DNA of 64,000 bases from Pseudomonadota bacterium (GCA_041178425.1 JBEGVH010000022.1:80-64079), one strand, 5' to 3'; shown: positions 49,301 through 58,591, counted from the first letter of the stretch. A program made the numbers and translations. The notes: a model not told the origin generated them from the sequence alone.

Positions 49301-49650
49301 AAAAAGAAGAAAACCCCGAAATGAAGTTGAGCGAACGCCAAGAGCTCGGTGTTGTTGCGCAGGAGGTAGAAAACATATTTCCGCAAGTAGTCTCTGAGGA
49401 TGTAAAAACAGGCATCAAATCAGTTGCTTATTCCATGTTAATTGCTCCCCTTATTGAGGCAGTAAAAGAACTTTACGAAAAGCTCGTTGTCGTTGAAAAA
49501 CTACAAAAAGAACAGAAAGTCGAAAACAACGAAGCAATTCTTAACCTTATTGCAGAAAATCGAGATCTCAAATTAATAAATGCCAAACAGGACAAACAAA
49601 TTAAGGACCTCGAGGCACGCCTCGAGAAAATCGAAAGAAAATCGCACTAA
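46315..49650 (+). CDS. Secreted tail-fibre-like trimeric fibre protein with a C-terminal Peptidase_S74 intramolecular chaperone
   Basis: Signal peptide. Five G-x-[VL]-G-[IV]-G-[TM] motifs. S/T/G/A/N-rich body. C-terminal SDQRLKKNI..GVTYEW..VAQEVENIFPQVV..LIAPLIEAVKEL plus a coiled-coil tail. Confidence 0.8.
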   Translation: MSIKMKKLRIYVYFLWLVTLLSAAKGFAADPAFTYQGRIIKPDGLPLQAAQVEFTLSIEGPASLAKPCLMYTEKFTADMSSGDGGFSLLVGRGQRTDDSNFALAKIFSNSLIYPVLPQCENGYVKQIGDALYLKVSFNTGSGAQTLIPLEITHTPYSLETANVAGVPSEQVLRVDNAVAAAPMSNTNYSLNLTDFTDLLAIINGTSTKYMKSTGSSNLGLIGGINNTSQITLTAPSSNFTSYQLSLPTSTGTNGQVLTSNGSGGTIWATPASAPITDINVSPPLILANNGTLRTISIEHADGSKQGVLSAADWNAFNNKISSQWTTSGSNISYSAGNVGIGTTVPGSTIDITGTFNLTDSSPALPNPGSSGSATALTTNATVAPTSDYTSAAGGYQWFFGQKNSVSVPSTTTATDLTRLYLTGFQESVSYASSAPITQIIAGTFTATAGTSGAVNNLIALSNSASITNSNSANVSATGVSGAVSVTGNSGSTGTLTSATGVNASVSIQSGNASNTFNIGNAYGVRSGVGVLNTASASITNAYGLYVDNGWSLGTPGGTITNQYGLYINDQTRGTTSKYNIYSAGQNGINYFGGNVGIGTTAPGSKLDVIGKSTLDHVVLNPRSWTYTGNNLLTLVPNSGNGTLAGSVAITQGSSTVTGTGTAFTTSFVVGDIIRPGSSCWEQRVISSIASDTSLTVETPFTCATGSYGYISFPTPFRLMSGNTANFLIDQAGGISSAGSMRLGGGVSIGSSYRSVNPPTDGMIIQGKLGIGTTSPSSSLHISSGTSPWLFLQTTNTSSSPSFNFLTSDGSSVSSITAFTGGSGQLEINNSMTGPLTLKTASSERMRIDGAGKVGIGTTSPTQALDVNGTVRMRSNLEMSSSNAYIGFNRNIAGGGTSYDASYNWAVGQDSNTPYGIYFRSYFIGGGLASTALYVHPNGFVGVGMAPSSYNLQVNGNVGATSAFVNYSDQRLKKNIATIPNALAKINEIRGVTYEWQKEENPEMKLSERQELGVVAQEVENIFPQVVSEDVKTGIKSVAYSMLIAPLIEAVKELYEKLVVVEKLQKEQKVENNEAILNLIAENRDLKLINAKQDKQIKDLEARLEKIERKSH
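49213..49485 (+). other. Peptidase_S74-type chaperone domain (aa 967-1057); predicted autocleavage before Ser967
   Basis: Ser967 and Lys972 have the i/i+5 spacing of the Ser-Lys dyad in characterised tailspike chaperone domains. Confidence 0.65.
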
Positions 49651-49742
49651 TTTTGATTCATAAATTGAGCAAACAAAACGTGACCTTTTGGGGCTAATCA
49701 AAAAACTAAATTAACAGTAAAAGCTCACTCAAGTCTTTGGGG

Positions 49743-50681
49743 TTACGATTTTACTGGTATCACAATTTGAGTGAGTGGCTCCTGCTCCCGATCATTCGGA
49801 GTGACGAGATACATCTCATAGCACGGAACCTTCATATTCGCTTTTTTCTTTTTACTTCGCTGATAGGCACTCGCCATAGCCCAAGGGTTGCGAAGATGAC
49901 GATAGGCCCCGTAGTGATCAACCACAAGCCCCTTATGCTCTGGATACTCAGTGAGCTTGTAACCCGTGGGCACACTCAAGGGCTTTCCCAGAGGGTAGGC
50001 ATAACCCACCGTCACCACGCAAATTCCTTCGCTATGATCAAAGTCATGGGTGACTGTGATGCCCACGGTGGGTTTTTCGAGTTGCCTTCTATCAATCAAA
50101 GCGTTCATCTCGGCAAAGACCTTTGGAACCACAATCGGAAGATCCGACACCCGTCCCTTCATCCGCTGCCCCAGAAGTTGAAAACCTTCCATCGTCTTCT
50201 CGCCCTGAAAAATGGAACTAGAAGATAATCGACCGACTTCGGCCAGTTCTTTTAACATGACAAGACCTCTCTCGAAGTCACTACCCATCATTGCCTCAAT
50301 GGCCTTTTTAAAAAAGAACATAAAAAAAGGAAGCTGCGAAAACATAGTCCAGGTTACTCGGCACTCATCAACAGAAAGATAACTGATCTCAAAAACGGAA
50401 CGAGCAACGCTCTTCCAGGGAGCAAAAAACTCTATCTTCATTTCAACTGTTTTATCATCTTCAAGCTGGGTGATCGTCATTTGGCCCTCGCCAATAACCT
50501 CACCCTTCCAGTTGAGAATTTGTTTTATTACACCAGGAGTTCCCGTAGCCTCAGATTTAGCCGTTGGTTCACAATGCATCCAGGGAGACCAGACTCGCCA
50601 AAGCTGCAAATTCGAAACTATCTGATAAACTTCTCGACTGGATTTATTTATAACGATCTCTCGCTCGATTTGCGAAATCAA
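49743..50681 (-). CDS. SRPBCC (START/polyketide-cyclase-like) + GyrI-like small-molecule-binding two-domain protein
   Basis: The N-terminal half has an SRPBCC-like pattern (INKSSREVYQIVSNLQLWRVWSPW...). The C-terminal half is GyrI-like (PCYEMYL..P). TTG start, no nearby ATG. Confidence 0.5.
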   Translation of the reverse strand: MISQIEREIVINKSSREVYQIVSNLQLWRVWSPWMHCEPTAKSEATGTPGVIKQILNWKGEVIGEGQMTITQLEDDKTVEMKIEFFAPWKSVARSVFEISYLSVDECRVTWTMFSQLPFFMFFFKKAIEAMMGSDFERGLVMLKELAEVGRLSSSSIFQGEKTMEGFQLLGQRMKGRVSDLPIVVPKVFAEMNALIDRRQLEKPTVGITVTHDFDHSEGICVVTVGYAYPLGKPLSVPTGYKLTEYPEHKGLVVDHYGAYRHLRNPWAMASAYQRSKKKKANMKVPCYEMYLVTPNDREQEPLTQIVIPVKS

Positions 50682-50830
50682 AGGACCCCCGTCGCGTAAG
50701 CTTTTTTCTATGCTAACAAAAGACCGCCCATAATATACAACAAAAAATGGCCTGCATTAAATTCACGCAATATTTGACAAACAATAGCCTGTTGCACTCA
50801 AACTAGAAGTCCTGACTTAGGGGGATATCC

Positions 50831-51505
50831 ATGAAAGCTATAATAATACTAAGCCTGCTCCTTTCTGCCACGGCCTTTGGAGAGTGTGTAAAAACATCGA
50901 TAAAAAAAGAGAATATCAACTTTCAAATCATTCCCTCAAGCTTCGGCAAAGAATGCTTTTTTATGATTTCGCCTTACAATGTTGAAGAGATGACCTACCG
51001 CGGATTTACTTTTGCAACAGACGGAGACTTTTCTATTTTTACAAGTTACGGCCAGGGCCCTAACTCAACCACCACTGGCTCAAGCGAAATGTACTTCTTT
51101 CCGCGGGAGCATCAGATTGAGTTCTATTTTAATGATTCCCTACAACGACTAGAAATCAAACACGTCAACGGCGATCATTTTTATTTTGACTATGCCACAG
51201 CGGAGTTTACTGGTTCAGAACGAGGAAACTTCAAAATTCAAAAAACAATTGCTAAAGGAGACCGAGGAGGCATCGAGCTCGTAAGCTATGATGGCCTAAC
51301 AATGGACTCGGGCTTTATGATGGGAGGAACTCCAACAGGCGATGGGAGATTTCTCTCAAGAATCAAAGACCGCGAAGGCAATCTCTGCAAGATTCGCAAC
51401 AAATCGGTCTTTAATTATTCCGACGAACATCCCATCACCTTCAAATTTTCAGACGAAGAATTCAAGGCCTTCCTCAGCGAAGACTGCCCTGCTCTTCGCT
51501 GGTAA
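50831..51505 (+). CDS. Secreted hypothetical protein
   Basis: Signal peptide MKAIIILSLLLSATAFG, RBS GGGGA. No recognisable motifs. Confidence 0.45.
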   Translation: MKAIIILSLLLSATAFGECVKTSIKKENINFQIIPSSFGKECFFMISPYNVEEMTYRGFTFATDGDFSIFTSYGQGPNSTTTGSSEMYFFPREHQIEFYFNDSLQRLEIKHVNGDHFYFDYATAEFTGSERGNFKIQKTIAKGDRGGIELVSYDGLTMDSGFMMGGTPTGDGRFLSRIKDREGNLCKIRNKSVFNYSDEHPITFKFSDEEFKAFLSEDCPALRW

Positions 51506-51511
51506 TTTAAC

Positions 51512-52561
51512 TTACGAAAGCGACTTCATATCGATCACGAATCGATACTTGACGTCGCTTTTAATCATTCGCTCATAAGCGTCATTAATCTTTTGAATCG
51601 GAATAAGTTCGATATCCGAAACAATATTATGCTGGGCACAGAAATCAAGCATCTCCTGCGTCTCAGCGATTCCACCAATGAGAGATCCCGCTAAACTTCT
51701 TCGACCCATAATCAGGCTTCCCGCATGCAATTGCGGCGGCTTATCTGGCAACCCAACTAAAACCATATGCCCATCTCGCTTCAAAATGTTCAAATAGAGG
51801 CTGTAATCATGGGGAGCCGAAACCGTATCTAAAATAAATTCCAGTGTCCCTCGTTGCGATGTCATTGCCTCCCCATCACCTGAAACAACAACAGTATCAG
51901 CACCCAATCGCTTCGCATCTTCTATTTTATTGGGCGAGGTGGTGAACACCGTCACATGAGCACCCATGGCCTTTGCCAACTTAACCGCCATATGACCCAA
52001 TCCCCCAAGCCCAACAACACCAACCTTCGACCCCTTACCCACCTTCCAATGACGAAGTGGCGAATACGTTGTAATTCCAGCGCAAAGCAAGGGTGCGACC
52101 GCCGCCAACTCAAGGTGCGGCGAAATTTTTAAACAAAATTCCTCTCTGGTTACAATGTCGCTGGAATACCCCCCATAGGTGGGAGTGGTTCCATCTTTTT
52201 CAAGACCATTGTAGGTTCCAACAAAACCATTTTCGCAAAACTGTTCCAGGCCATCACTACACGAATTACAATCTAAGCAGGAATCCACCAAACATCCAAC
52301 ACCAGCAAGATCACCGACCTTGAGCTTTTTAACTGAAGACCCAACAGCAACAACTTTGCCTACAATTTCGTGCCCAGGAACCATTGGAAAAATCGCTGGC
52401 CCCCACTCTTCACGAACCTGGTGGATGTCTGAGTGACAAACTCCACAATAGGCGATTTGAATATGCACATCATTGGGTCGCAGAGCCCTTCGTTCGAATT
52501 GAAAAGGCGCCAACGGAACTTTTGCCGCGGGAGCTGCATAGGCTTTCGTTTTGATCATCAC
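51512..52561 (-). CDS. yahK: Zn-dependent NADP(H) alcohol/aldehyde dehydrogenase (YahK/cinnamyl-ADH family)
   Basis: Collinear with E. coli YahK: YCGVCHSDIHQ, PGHEIVGKVVAVG, LLCAGITTYSPLRHW, GLGGLGHM, ETQEMLDFCA, VKYRFVID. Confidence 0.88.
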   Translation of the reverse strand: MMIKTKAYAAPAAKVPLAPFQFERRALRPNDVHIQIAYCGVCHSDIHQVREEWGPAIFPMVPGHEIVGKVVAVGSSVKKLKVGDLAGVGCLVDSCLDCNSCSDGLEQFCENGFVGTYNGLEKDGTTPTYGGYSSDIVTREEFCLKISPHLELAAVAPLLCAGITTYSPLRHWKVGKGSKVGVVGLGGLGHMAVKLAKAMGAHVTVFTTSPNKIEDAKRLGADTVVVSGDGEAMTSQRGTLEFILDTVSAPHDYSLYLNILKRDGHMVLVGLPDKPPQLHAGSLIMGRRSLAGSLIGGIAETQEMLDFCAQHNIVSDIELIPIQKINDAYERMIKSDVKYRFVIDMKSLS

Positions 52562-52574
52562 TCACTCTCCTCTT

Positions 52575-53138
52575 CTATTTCTGCCAACGCCATCCGAAGC
52601 AGAACTGTAAATAACTAAGGTCTATTCGGGGCTGCGAAAAATAATCAAGCTTACTATAGTGATACGACAGATCTGCAAACACTGGATAATTATTTACCTC
52701 AAAATCAGCGCCCACAGCTAGTCGTGTATCATGAGACGTCCCCGCCCTGGGAAACTCCGCAATGCGGGTTACGTTCATAAGAAGACCATACTCAAGATAG
52801 GGTGTAAGATCGCCAGGCAGTGAAGCATTTGCATCGCCTCGAGGAAAACTATGTTTTAATAAGAGTCCATAGCCTAACTGACCCACCTTCCGCCCCTCCT
52901 GAACATCTGCAAAGGTACGATACTCGAGATCAATACCAATGGTAAATCGTGGTGTGAGATTAAACTCATAAACACCAATAAGACCCGGCCCCGACTTTAC
53001 GGTCCCTTCAATTCCATCGGCGATCAAATTATTTTGGCTTATTCCGAGCCGATAGCCTCGATTGAAACCTGAGGTTTGCTCACCAAAAACAACCAAAGAA
53101 AAAACTAATCCCATCAATAGAACAAAGAACTTTACCAT
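52575..53138 (-). CDS. Small outer-membrane beta-barrel protein (putative)
   Basis: Signal peptide, then alternating hydrophobic beta-strand pattern with an aromatic-rich C-terminus (LQFCFGWRWQK). Weak call. Confidence 0.4.
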   Translation of the reverse strand: MVKFFVLLMGLVFSLVVFGEQTSGFNRGYRLGISQNNLIADGIEGTVKSGPGLIGVYEFNLTPRFTIGIDLEYRTFADVQEGRKVGQLGYGLLLKHSFPRGDANASLPGDLTPYLEYGLLMNVTRIAEFPRAGTSHDTRLAVGADFEVNNYPVFADLSYHYSKLDYFSQPRIDLSYLQFCFGWRWQK

Positions 53139-53214
53139 AGCAACACTCTTTCTTTTTATTTCCAACAGAGATCAAAACAATTATCACTGAAACCGATTTA
53201 AGTACAACTACCGA

Positions 53215-54939
53215 TCACTCAAAAATCTTTTCGCGTATGACCCAAAAATGCTTTTTCTTTCGAGCAATAACAAAAAAAGGCGGGCGAAATTGCTCCTTTT
53301 TCGCTAACGCTTCAGAAACGCTCTGAATCGACAACTTTCGCTCCGGTAATCGATTATGCATTCTTACAAAATTAAAATAAAAGGCCTTACAGTCTTCGGG
53401 AGAACTAAGATAAAAATATTCCTTTAAAACTTGAGCGTCCACATCGTAGTAGTGAACTTCGAAACGGGGTTTACCGTTTTTATCGGCACCAGCATGGTAT
53501 TGAACAGAATCGACTCTCATCACGTGGGCGTCTTTGAGTTGCATGGCCTCGCGAAGCTTTTTATCATTATCAACCAGAACATGATCGCAATTCCCACAAA
53601 TCCGTGCCGAAATATCGTTATCCTCGCCGCATTGATCGCATATTTTAAAACGAAATCTATACCCACAGGGCTTCAGTTGCTTGGTTGAGCTATCGAGAGT
53701 CGCTCCCTGGCACTGCCGACCAAAATGCTCGATGACCAGCCCCTCTTCGTCCACGAGCCCCCAAAAATTATTAGTGACTCCGCATTGGGGACAAACCACT
53801 TCAACCGGAACTGAATCACTTCGGGGCTTGTCATCATCAATTTCAGGAGCAAACAAATCATGATCTTGCCCTGTGAAATCTAAAATCAAGCAGTCAACTT
53901 TACCAGGCGATAACCGAAGGCCTCTGCCCACGATTTGCTGATACAAGCTGACCGACTCCGTAGGACGCAAGATGGCAATAACATCAACATGAGGAGCGTC
54001 AAAACCGGTGGTTAACACAGACACATTCACTAAGTACTTTAGCTCTTTCAGCTTAAAGGCTTTAATAATTTCATCGCGCTCAAGGTCTGGAGTTTCACCC
54101 GTGACAAGCGCAGCCACAAAGGGCGGTAAGCTCTTCATGATCTCTATGGCATGATTAACGGAGCTGGTAAAAATCATGACGCCCTGGCGTTCTTTAGCCA
54201 TATCGATGATATTTTTAATGATTAAGGGCGTGATTCGCTTCTGATCCTTCAAAAGATCTTCCACTTGAGCTTGAGCAAATCGACCATTTTGTAGTTTAAG
54301 GCTCGAAAAATCATAGCAAGCCACTGGGGCATCGATCATAAGCGGTGGAGTTAAATAGTTTTGATTAATTAGGTATCGAAGAGGTAATTCAAAGACACAT
54401 TTTTTAAAAAACCTGTTTTCCTTGGTTTTCTGTATCTGCTTCTGGCTATGAAATTCATAAATCCAACCTAATCCGAGCCGGTAAGGCGTGGCCGTCAATC
54501 CCAACACACAGAGATCCGGGTTTTTATCGATTAATTGCTTTATAACAGATTGGTATTGAGTTTCTCCATCAACCGACACCCGATGACACTCATCAATAAC
54601 AACCAAGGAAAAGTTATCAAAAAAAGCCTCCGATGCACGGGCTATCGACTGAATACTTCCAAAGATAACTTTCTGTTCGAAGTCTTTTTTGTTAAGCCCA
54701 GCAGAGTAAATTCCGGCCTCTAAACCGTAGGTGATATACTTAGCATGGTTTTGCTCTACTAACTCTCGCACATGCGCCATCACAAGCACTCGGCCTTTGG
54801 CGATTCTCGCAAGTTCTGCAATCACCAAGCTCTTACCCGCCCCCGTCGGTAAAACGATGACGGCCGGTTCTCTCTCTTGGCGAAAGTGATTTAAAGTCGC
54901 TTCAACAGCCTCTCTTTGATAGGGCCTTAGTTGATACAT
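53215..54939 (-). CDS. radD: DNA repair helicase RadD (YejH-like SF2 helicase with Zn ribbons)
   Basis: The N-terminus LRPYQREAVEATLNHFRQEREPAVIVLPTGAGKSLVIAELA matches my recollection of E. coli RadD closely. Also DECH box, TTGFDAPHVDVIAILRPTES.SLYQQIVGRGLRL, C-terminal CPQC/CDQC/CGNC. Confidence 0.8.
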   Translation of the reverse strand: MYQLRPYQREAVEATLNHFRQEREPAVIVLPTGAGKSLVIAELARIAKGRVLVMAHVRELVEQNHAKYITYGLEAGIYSAGLNKKDFEQKVIFGSIQSIARASEAFFDNFSLVVIDECHRVSVDGETQYQSVIKQLIDKNPDLCVLGLTATPYRLGLGWIYEFHSQKQIQKTKENRFFKKCVFELPLRYLINQNYLTPPLMIDAPVACYDFSSLKLQNGRFAQAQVEDLLKDQKRITPLIIKNIIDMAKERQGVMIFTSSVNHAIEIMKSLPPFVAALVTGETPDLERDEIIKAFKLKELKYLVNVSVLTTGFDAPHVDVIAILRPTESVSLYQQIVGRGLRLSPGKVDCLILDFTGQDHDLFAPEIDDDKPRSDSVPVEVVCPQCGVTNNFWGLVDEEGLVIEHFGRQCQGATLDSSTKQLKPCGYRFRFKICDQCGEDNDISARICGNCDHVLVDNDKKLREAMQLKDAHVMRVDSVQYHAGADKNGKPRFEVHYYDVDAQVLKEYFYLSSPEDCKAFYFNFVRMHNRLPERKLSIQSVSEALAKKEQFRPPFFVIARKKKHFWVIREKIFE

Positions 54940-54986
54940 ACTTGCTCATCTACCTGTTCAATTGGAGACCGATCGAAAAACACCTA

Positions 54987-55538
54987 TTACTTAACAGCTT
55001 CAATCACACCACAGGCGATGCGCTTTCCTGAATTGCCGGTTGGTTGAGTTTTTAAATCGTCGGGGTCGTTATGAATAATAACCGCGCGACCGATCAAACC
55101 CTGAGCACCATCTACCAGCGACAGTCCCTTGAGAACGATGACTTGCTTTGCATTGCCTTTTCGATCGGCCGTTAAATTACCAAGATCGCCCGCGTGACGA
55201 ACCTCTGAATCCATTGACCCATGGGCCATACTTCCGGGATTAAAATGAGGACCTGCCGAATTAAAATCACCACTCGAACAATCTCCCTTATCGTGAATAT
55301 GAAAGCCATGGGCTCCAGGCTTCAAACCCTCGATCTCTGTTCGGATAGTTAGTTCGCCATTGATTTCAGAAAACTCTACTGTTCCTCTAAGATTAGTTTT
55401 AGGGCTCACTTTAAGAACAGCTTGAGCACGCAACGGTGCCACAGAGGCGGAAGAATCTCCTGTTTCTGTTTTTTGAGGCATCTGAGCACAGGCTCCAAAA
55501 ACTAAACTAGCCAACCCTGTGATTATAAAATTTTTCAT
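54987..55538 (-). CDS. sodC: Cu,Zn superoxide dismutase, probable lipoprotein
   Basis: GFHIHDKGDCS, HFNP, HAGDLGNL, VIIHNDPDD. Lipobox-like LVFGAC after the signal sequence. Confidence 0.88.
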   Translation of the reverse strand: MKNFIITGLASLVFGACAQMPQKTETGDSSASVAPLRAQAVLKVSPKTNLRGTVEFSEINGELTIRTEIEGLKPGAHGFHIHDKGDCSSGDFNSAGPHFNPGSMAHGSMDSEVRHAGDLGNLTADRKGNAKQVIVLKGLSLVDGAQGLIGRAVIIHNDPDDLKTQPTGNSGKRIACGVIEAVK

Positions 55539-55765
55539 CGACTTTATTCCTTCCATTTTGCCCATTTAAACCCTTTTAGATTAACCCATCCTCCGTCTGA
55601 ACCGTCACGACGAAGGGCATAAAAATCATTCTTAACACCAATCATCACTTAATCACAGCGGTCAAACCTAGGCAAAACAAAAAGTATGTACCGCGAATGA
55701 ACAAAAAGATTGAATAGACTGTAACTTATTTTAAGCTTTTATGACAGACAGAGAAAGGCCGCAAC

Positions 55766-58093
55766 ATGAGACTAATCTTTTGGATTTTATTGAGTTGTTT
55801 TACCATCCCCACTCTCAGCCAAGCAAAGCGCTCTTCCTTGAGCTCTGATAAGAGCAGTTTCAGAGGCGAAATCTCCGTTCCGTCGAGTTTGCGCTACAAA
55901 CCAAGCAAAGAACAGCAAAAAACAGAAGAGCAGATCGAAAAGAAAGTAAGAGCTCTTCTCAAAAAAATGACAATCGAAGAAAAAGTGGGTCAAATGACTC
56001 AAATCACCTTAGATGTGATTTCTAATAAATCTGAAAACTTTACGCCCCACCGAATTGAATCTGAAAAATTAAAAGAGGCCATCCAAAAATACCATATTGG
56101 CTCAATCCTCAACGTCTCAGGCGATATCGCTTTTCCCCTTGGGCACTGGCACGAGATTATTACTCAAATTCAAGACGAAGCCTTAAAGGATCGACTTAAA
56201 ATACCTGTTCTTTACGGCATCGACTCGGTTCATGGTGCCCATTACACCCGCGGGGCAACAATTCTACCTCAGTCAATTAATATTGCGGCCACATGGACCC
56301 CTCGATTCCACAGAGAAGTGGGCCGAATCACCGCGCTAGAAACTCGAGCTTCGGGAATCCCATGGAATTTTTATCCCGTTCTCGATATTGGGCGACAGTT
56401 TTTGTGGTCGCGAGTGTTTGAAACTTATGGCGAAGATGTTTATTTGGCGCAAACAATGGCCCGCGAAAACATTCTTGGCCAACAGGGAGAAGACATGGGC
56501 TCTCGTGGCCGCGTCGCGGCCTGCATGAAACACTATATGGGCTACAGCTACCCAACTTCTGGAAAAGACAAAACGCCGGCCGCTCTCTCTGAACGCGTGC
56601 TTCGCGAGTATTTTCTTCCACCCTTTGCTGCTGCCGTCAATGCGGGAGCGCAAACAGTCATGATTAACACCGGTGAGATTGACGGTATTCCCACCCATGC
56701 AAACCACCACCTAATCACCGATATTCTCAAAGACGAACTTAACTTCAAGGGCTTCGCTGTTTCTGACTGGATCGATATTAAAAAACTATACGAACGAGAC
56801 CACCTAGCCTCCTCTCCCGAAGAGGCTGTTAAAATGGCGATCATGGCTGGCGTTGACATGAGCATGGTTCCCTTTGATTTCAGTTTCGCAGAGATCTTAA
56901 CTAAACTTGTAAAAAAGAGCCAAATTCCGATGAGTCGAATCGACGATGCGGTGTTTCGAATTTTACGAGTTAAATATCTCTTAGGACTTTTCGAAAATCC
57001 GTATCCCGACCAATCGCTTATCACCGAGTTCGCATCCCATGAATCAAGCAAAATCAATCGAGCGATCGCCGGCGAATCTATCACTCTTTTAAAAAACGAA
57101 AAAAATATTTTACCTCTCAAAAAGGGCCAAAAGATACTGGTTACAGGACCAACCGGCAATTCACTTGCCTCACTGAATGGTGGCTGGACTATTTCTTGGC
57201 AAGGAGCCAAAGAATCTGAACAACCGATCGAAAAGAAAACCGTTTTCGAGGCACTTCAGGATAACCTCGGCGAAGACAATGTTAAATATCTCCAAGGAAC
57301 AAGCTTTAACGACAAAAAAGAAGACTATGACAAAGCTATCAGGGCGGCCAAAAGTGCTGATGTGGTGGTGCTATGCCTTGGTGAAAAAACCTATACCGAA
57401 ATTCCTGGAAACATCAATGATCTCACTCTTGATGACGCTCAATTAGAATTTGCAAATGAGCTCTACAAGACAGGAACTCCCGTCGTAATTCTTCTACTGG
57501 AGGGTCGACCACGAGTCATTAGCTCCATCGAGCCACAAGCAAAGGCCATCGTGATGGGCTATCTTCCTGGCATGGAGGGTGGATTAGCTATTGCCGACGT
57601 GCTCACTGGTGCTATTAACCCAAGCGGAAAACTACCCTACTCTTACCCTCGACACCCCAACGATCTCTTGAACTATGACCACAAATACTCAGAGTCGAGC
57701 GAAGACAAAACCTATAAACCTCAATGGCCTTTTGGGTATGGATTAAGCTATTCAACCTTCGAGTACAGTCAACTGGAACTCAACAAAACAGAAATGAGCC
57801 AAAAGGGCGAACTCTTGGTCTCGGTCTTGGTTAAAAACAAGAGCAACCTGCCAGCCAAAGAAGTTGTTCAGCTTTATCTCTCTGACCTTTACCGACATTC
57901 TCTCACACCTCCTGTTAAGCAACTCAAGGGCTTCGAGAAGATCAGCCTCGAGGCTGGCGAGAGCAAAAAAATAACTTTTAAAATAACCATTGATGACTTG
58001 GCCTTCGTTGGGCGTCACGAGAAGAGAATTGCAGAGCCTGGGGACTTTAAGGTGCAAATAGGAACACTCGATTCTGTCTTTAGTCTGAAATAA
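55766..58093 (+). CDS. bglX: Exported glycoside hydrolase family 3 (BglX-like beta-glucosidase)
   Basis: Signal peptide, MTIEEKVGQMTQ, KHYMGYS, nucleophile context GFAVSDW, C-terminal FN3-like domain. Size matches BglX. Confidence 0.85.
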   Translation: MRLIFWILLSCFTIPTLSQAKRSSLSSDKSSFRGEISVPSSLRYKPSKEQQKTEEQIEKKVRALLKKMTIEEKVGQMTQITLDVISNKSENFTPHRIESEKLKEAIQKYHIGSILNVSGDIAFPLGHWHEIITQIQDEALKDRLKIPVLYGIDSVHGAHYTRGATILPQSINIAATWTPRFHREVGRITALETRASGIPWNFYPVLDIGRQFLWSRVFETYGEDVYLAQTMARENILGQQGEDMGSRGRVAACMKHYMGYSYPTSGKDKTPAALSERVLREYFLPPFAAAVNAGAQTVMINTGEIDGIPTHANHHLITDILKDELNFKGFAVSDWIDIKKLYERDHLASSPEEAVKMAIMAGVDMSMVPFDFSFAEILTKLVKKSQIPMSRIDDAVFRILRVKYLLGLFENPYPDQSLITEFASHESSKINRAIAGESITLLKNEKNILPLKKGQKILVTGPTGNSLASLNGGWTISWQGAKESEQPIEKKTVFEALQDNLGEDNVKYLQGTSFNDKKEDYDKAIRAAKSADVVVLCLGEKTYTEIPGNINDLTLDDAQLEFANELYKTGTPVVILLLEGRPRVISSIEPQAKAIVMGYLPGMEGGLAIADVLTGAINPSGKLPYSYPRHPNDLLNYDHKYSESSEDKTYKPQWPFGYGLSYSTFEYSQLELNKTEMSQKGELLVSVLVKNKSNLPAKEVVQLYLSDLYRHSLTPPVKQLKGFEKISLEAGESKKITFKITIDDLAFVGRHEKRIAEPGDFKVQIGTLDSVFSLK

Positions 58094-58095
58094 AA

Positions 58096-58124
58096 AAAGA
58101 GCGAGAGTTGCCCTCTCGCTCTTT
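58096..58124 (+). terminator. Hairpin terminator after the GH3 gene
   Basis: AAAGAGCGAGAG-ttgcc-CTCTCGCTCTTT, 3 nt after the stop codon. Confidence 0.55.
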
Positions 58125-58159
58125 CCATTTACAAACAATGAGAACTTCTTTCGCCAAAG

Positions 58160-58462
58160 CTATGCAGAAATTTTATGCCAGTGCGTTCGATCATAATCCC
58201 AATCTTTTTCTTTGGGCAGGTCGACGCTTTTAATCGATGTGTATTTTCGGTCTCTCCAGTCGACTAGATAAACAACTTTTGATTTCTCGTCTTGAATGAC
58301 ATCGAGGGGCCGAGGGATCATTGCATTCGGCAACATTTGAACCTTTACTTTTTTTAGACTCTTAAAATACTGCGAATCTTTTTTCTTACGCATAACATCT
58401 CCTCTTTTCAATCCATCGGCTTTTTTTAAAGGAAGCTTTACCGCTTTACCACTCTGATACAC
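58160..58462 (-). CDS. Small basic hypothetical protein
   Basis: Open frame only, Lys-rich, no motif. The start is uncertain (internal Met24 possible). Confidence 0.3.
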   Translation of the reverse strand: MYQSGKAVKLPLKKADGLKRGDVMRKKKDSQYFKSLKKVKVQMLPNAMIPRPLDVIQDEKSKVVYLVDWRDRKYTSIKSVDLPKEKDWDYDRTHWHKISA

Positions 58463-58591
58463 TTATTTCTAAGAGAGCCTACTCCTTCAGCATCTTCTCA
58501 GATTGAGATAACAAAAATACTTCTGCACAGTGCCTACTCTGTTGAAAGTTTCGAATCCGTGCTTAAATAAAATTAAATTACTGGAGCACCT

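Noticed and set aside
46315-49650. Fibre gene as a prophage or tailocin remnant
   Set aside because: No other phage-like gene (tail tube, sheath, baseplate, capsid, terminase, integrase, lysis) is present in the window. The immediate neighbours are metC and an SRPBCC gene, and the protein has a Sec signal peptide, which phage fibres lack.
53215-54939. SF2 helicase as part of a restriction or anti-phage defence system
   Set aside because: The N-terminal 60 residues, the DECH box and the C-terminal Zn ribbons match the RadD repair helicase layout. No methylase, nuclease or other defence partner gene is adjacent.
56548-57210. 220-aa antisense ORF inside the GH3 gene. Similar cases are 40743-41306 in acs, 14599-15111, 6135-6632 in fusA and 49737-50228.
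   Set aside because: Each lies fully inside a gene with strong homology-type motifs on the other strand. They have no RBS or start context or motifs, and their composition (R/S/L-rich) is typical of shadow frames.
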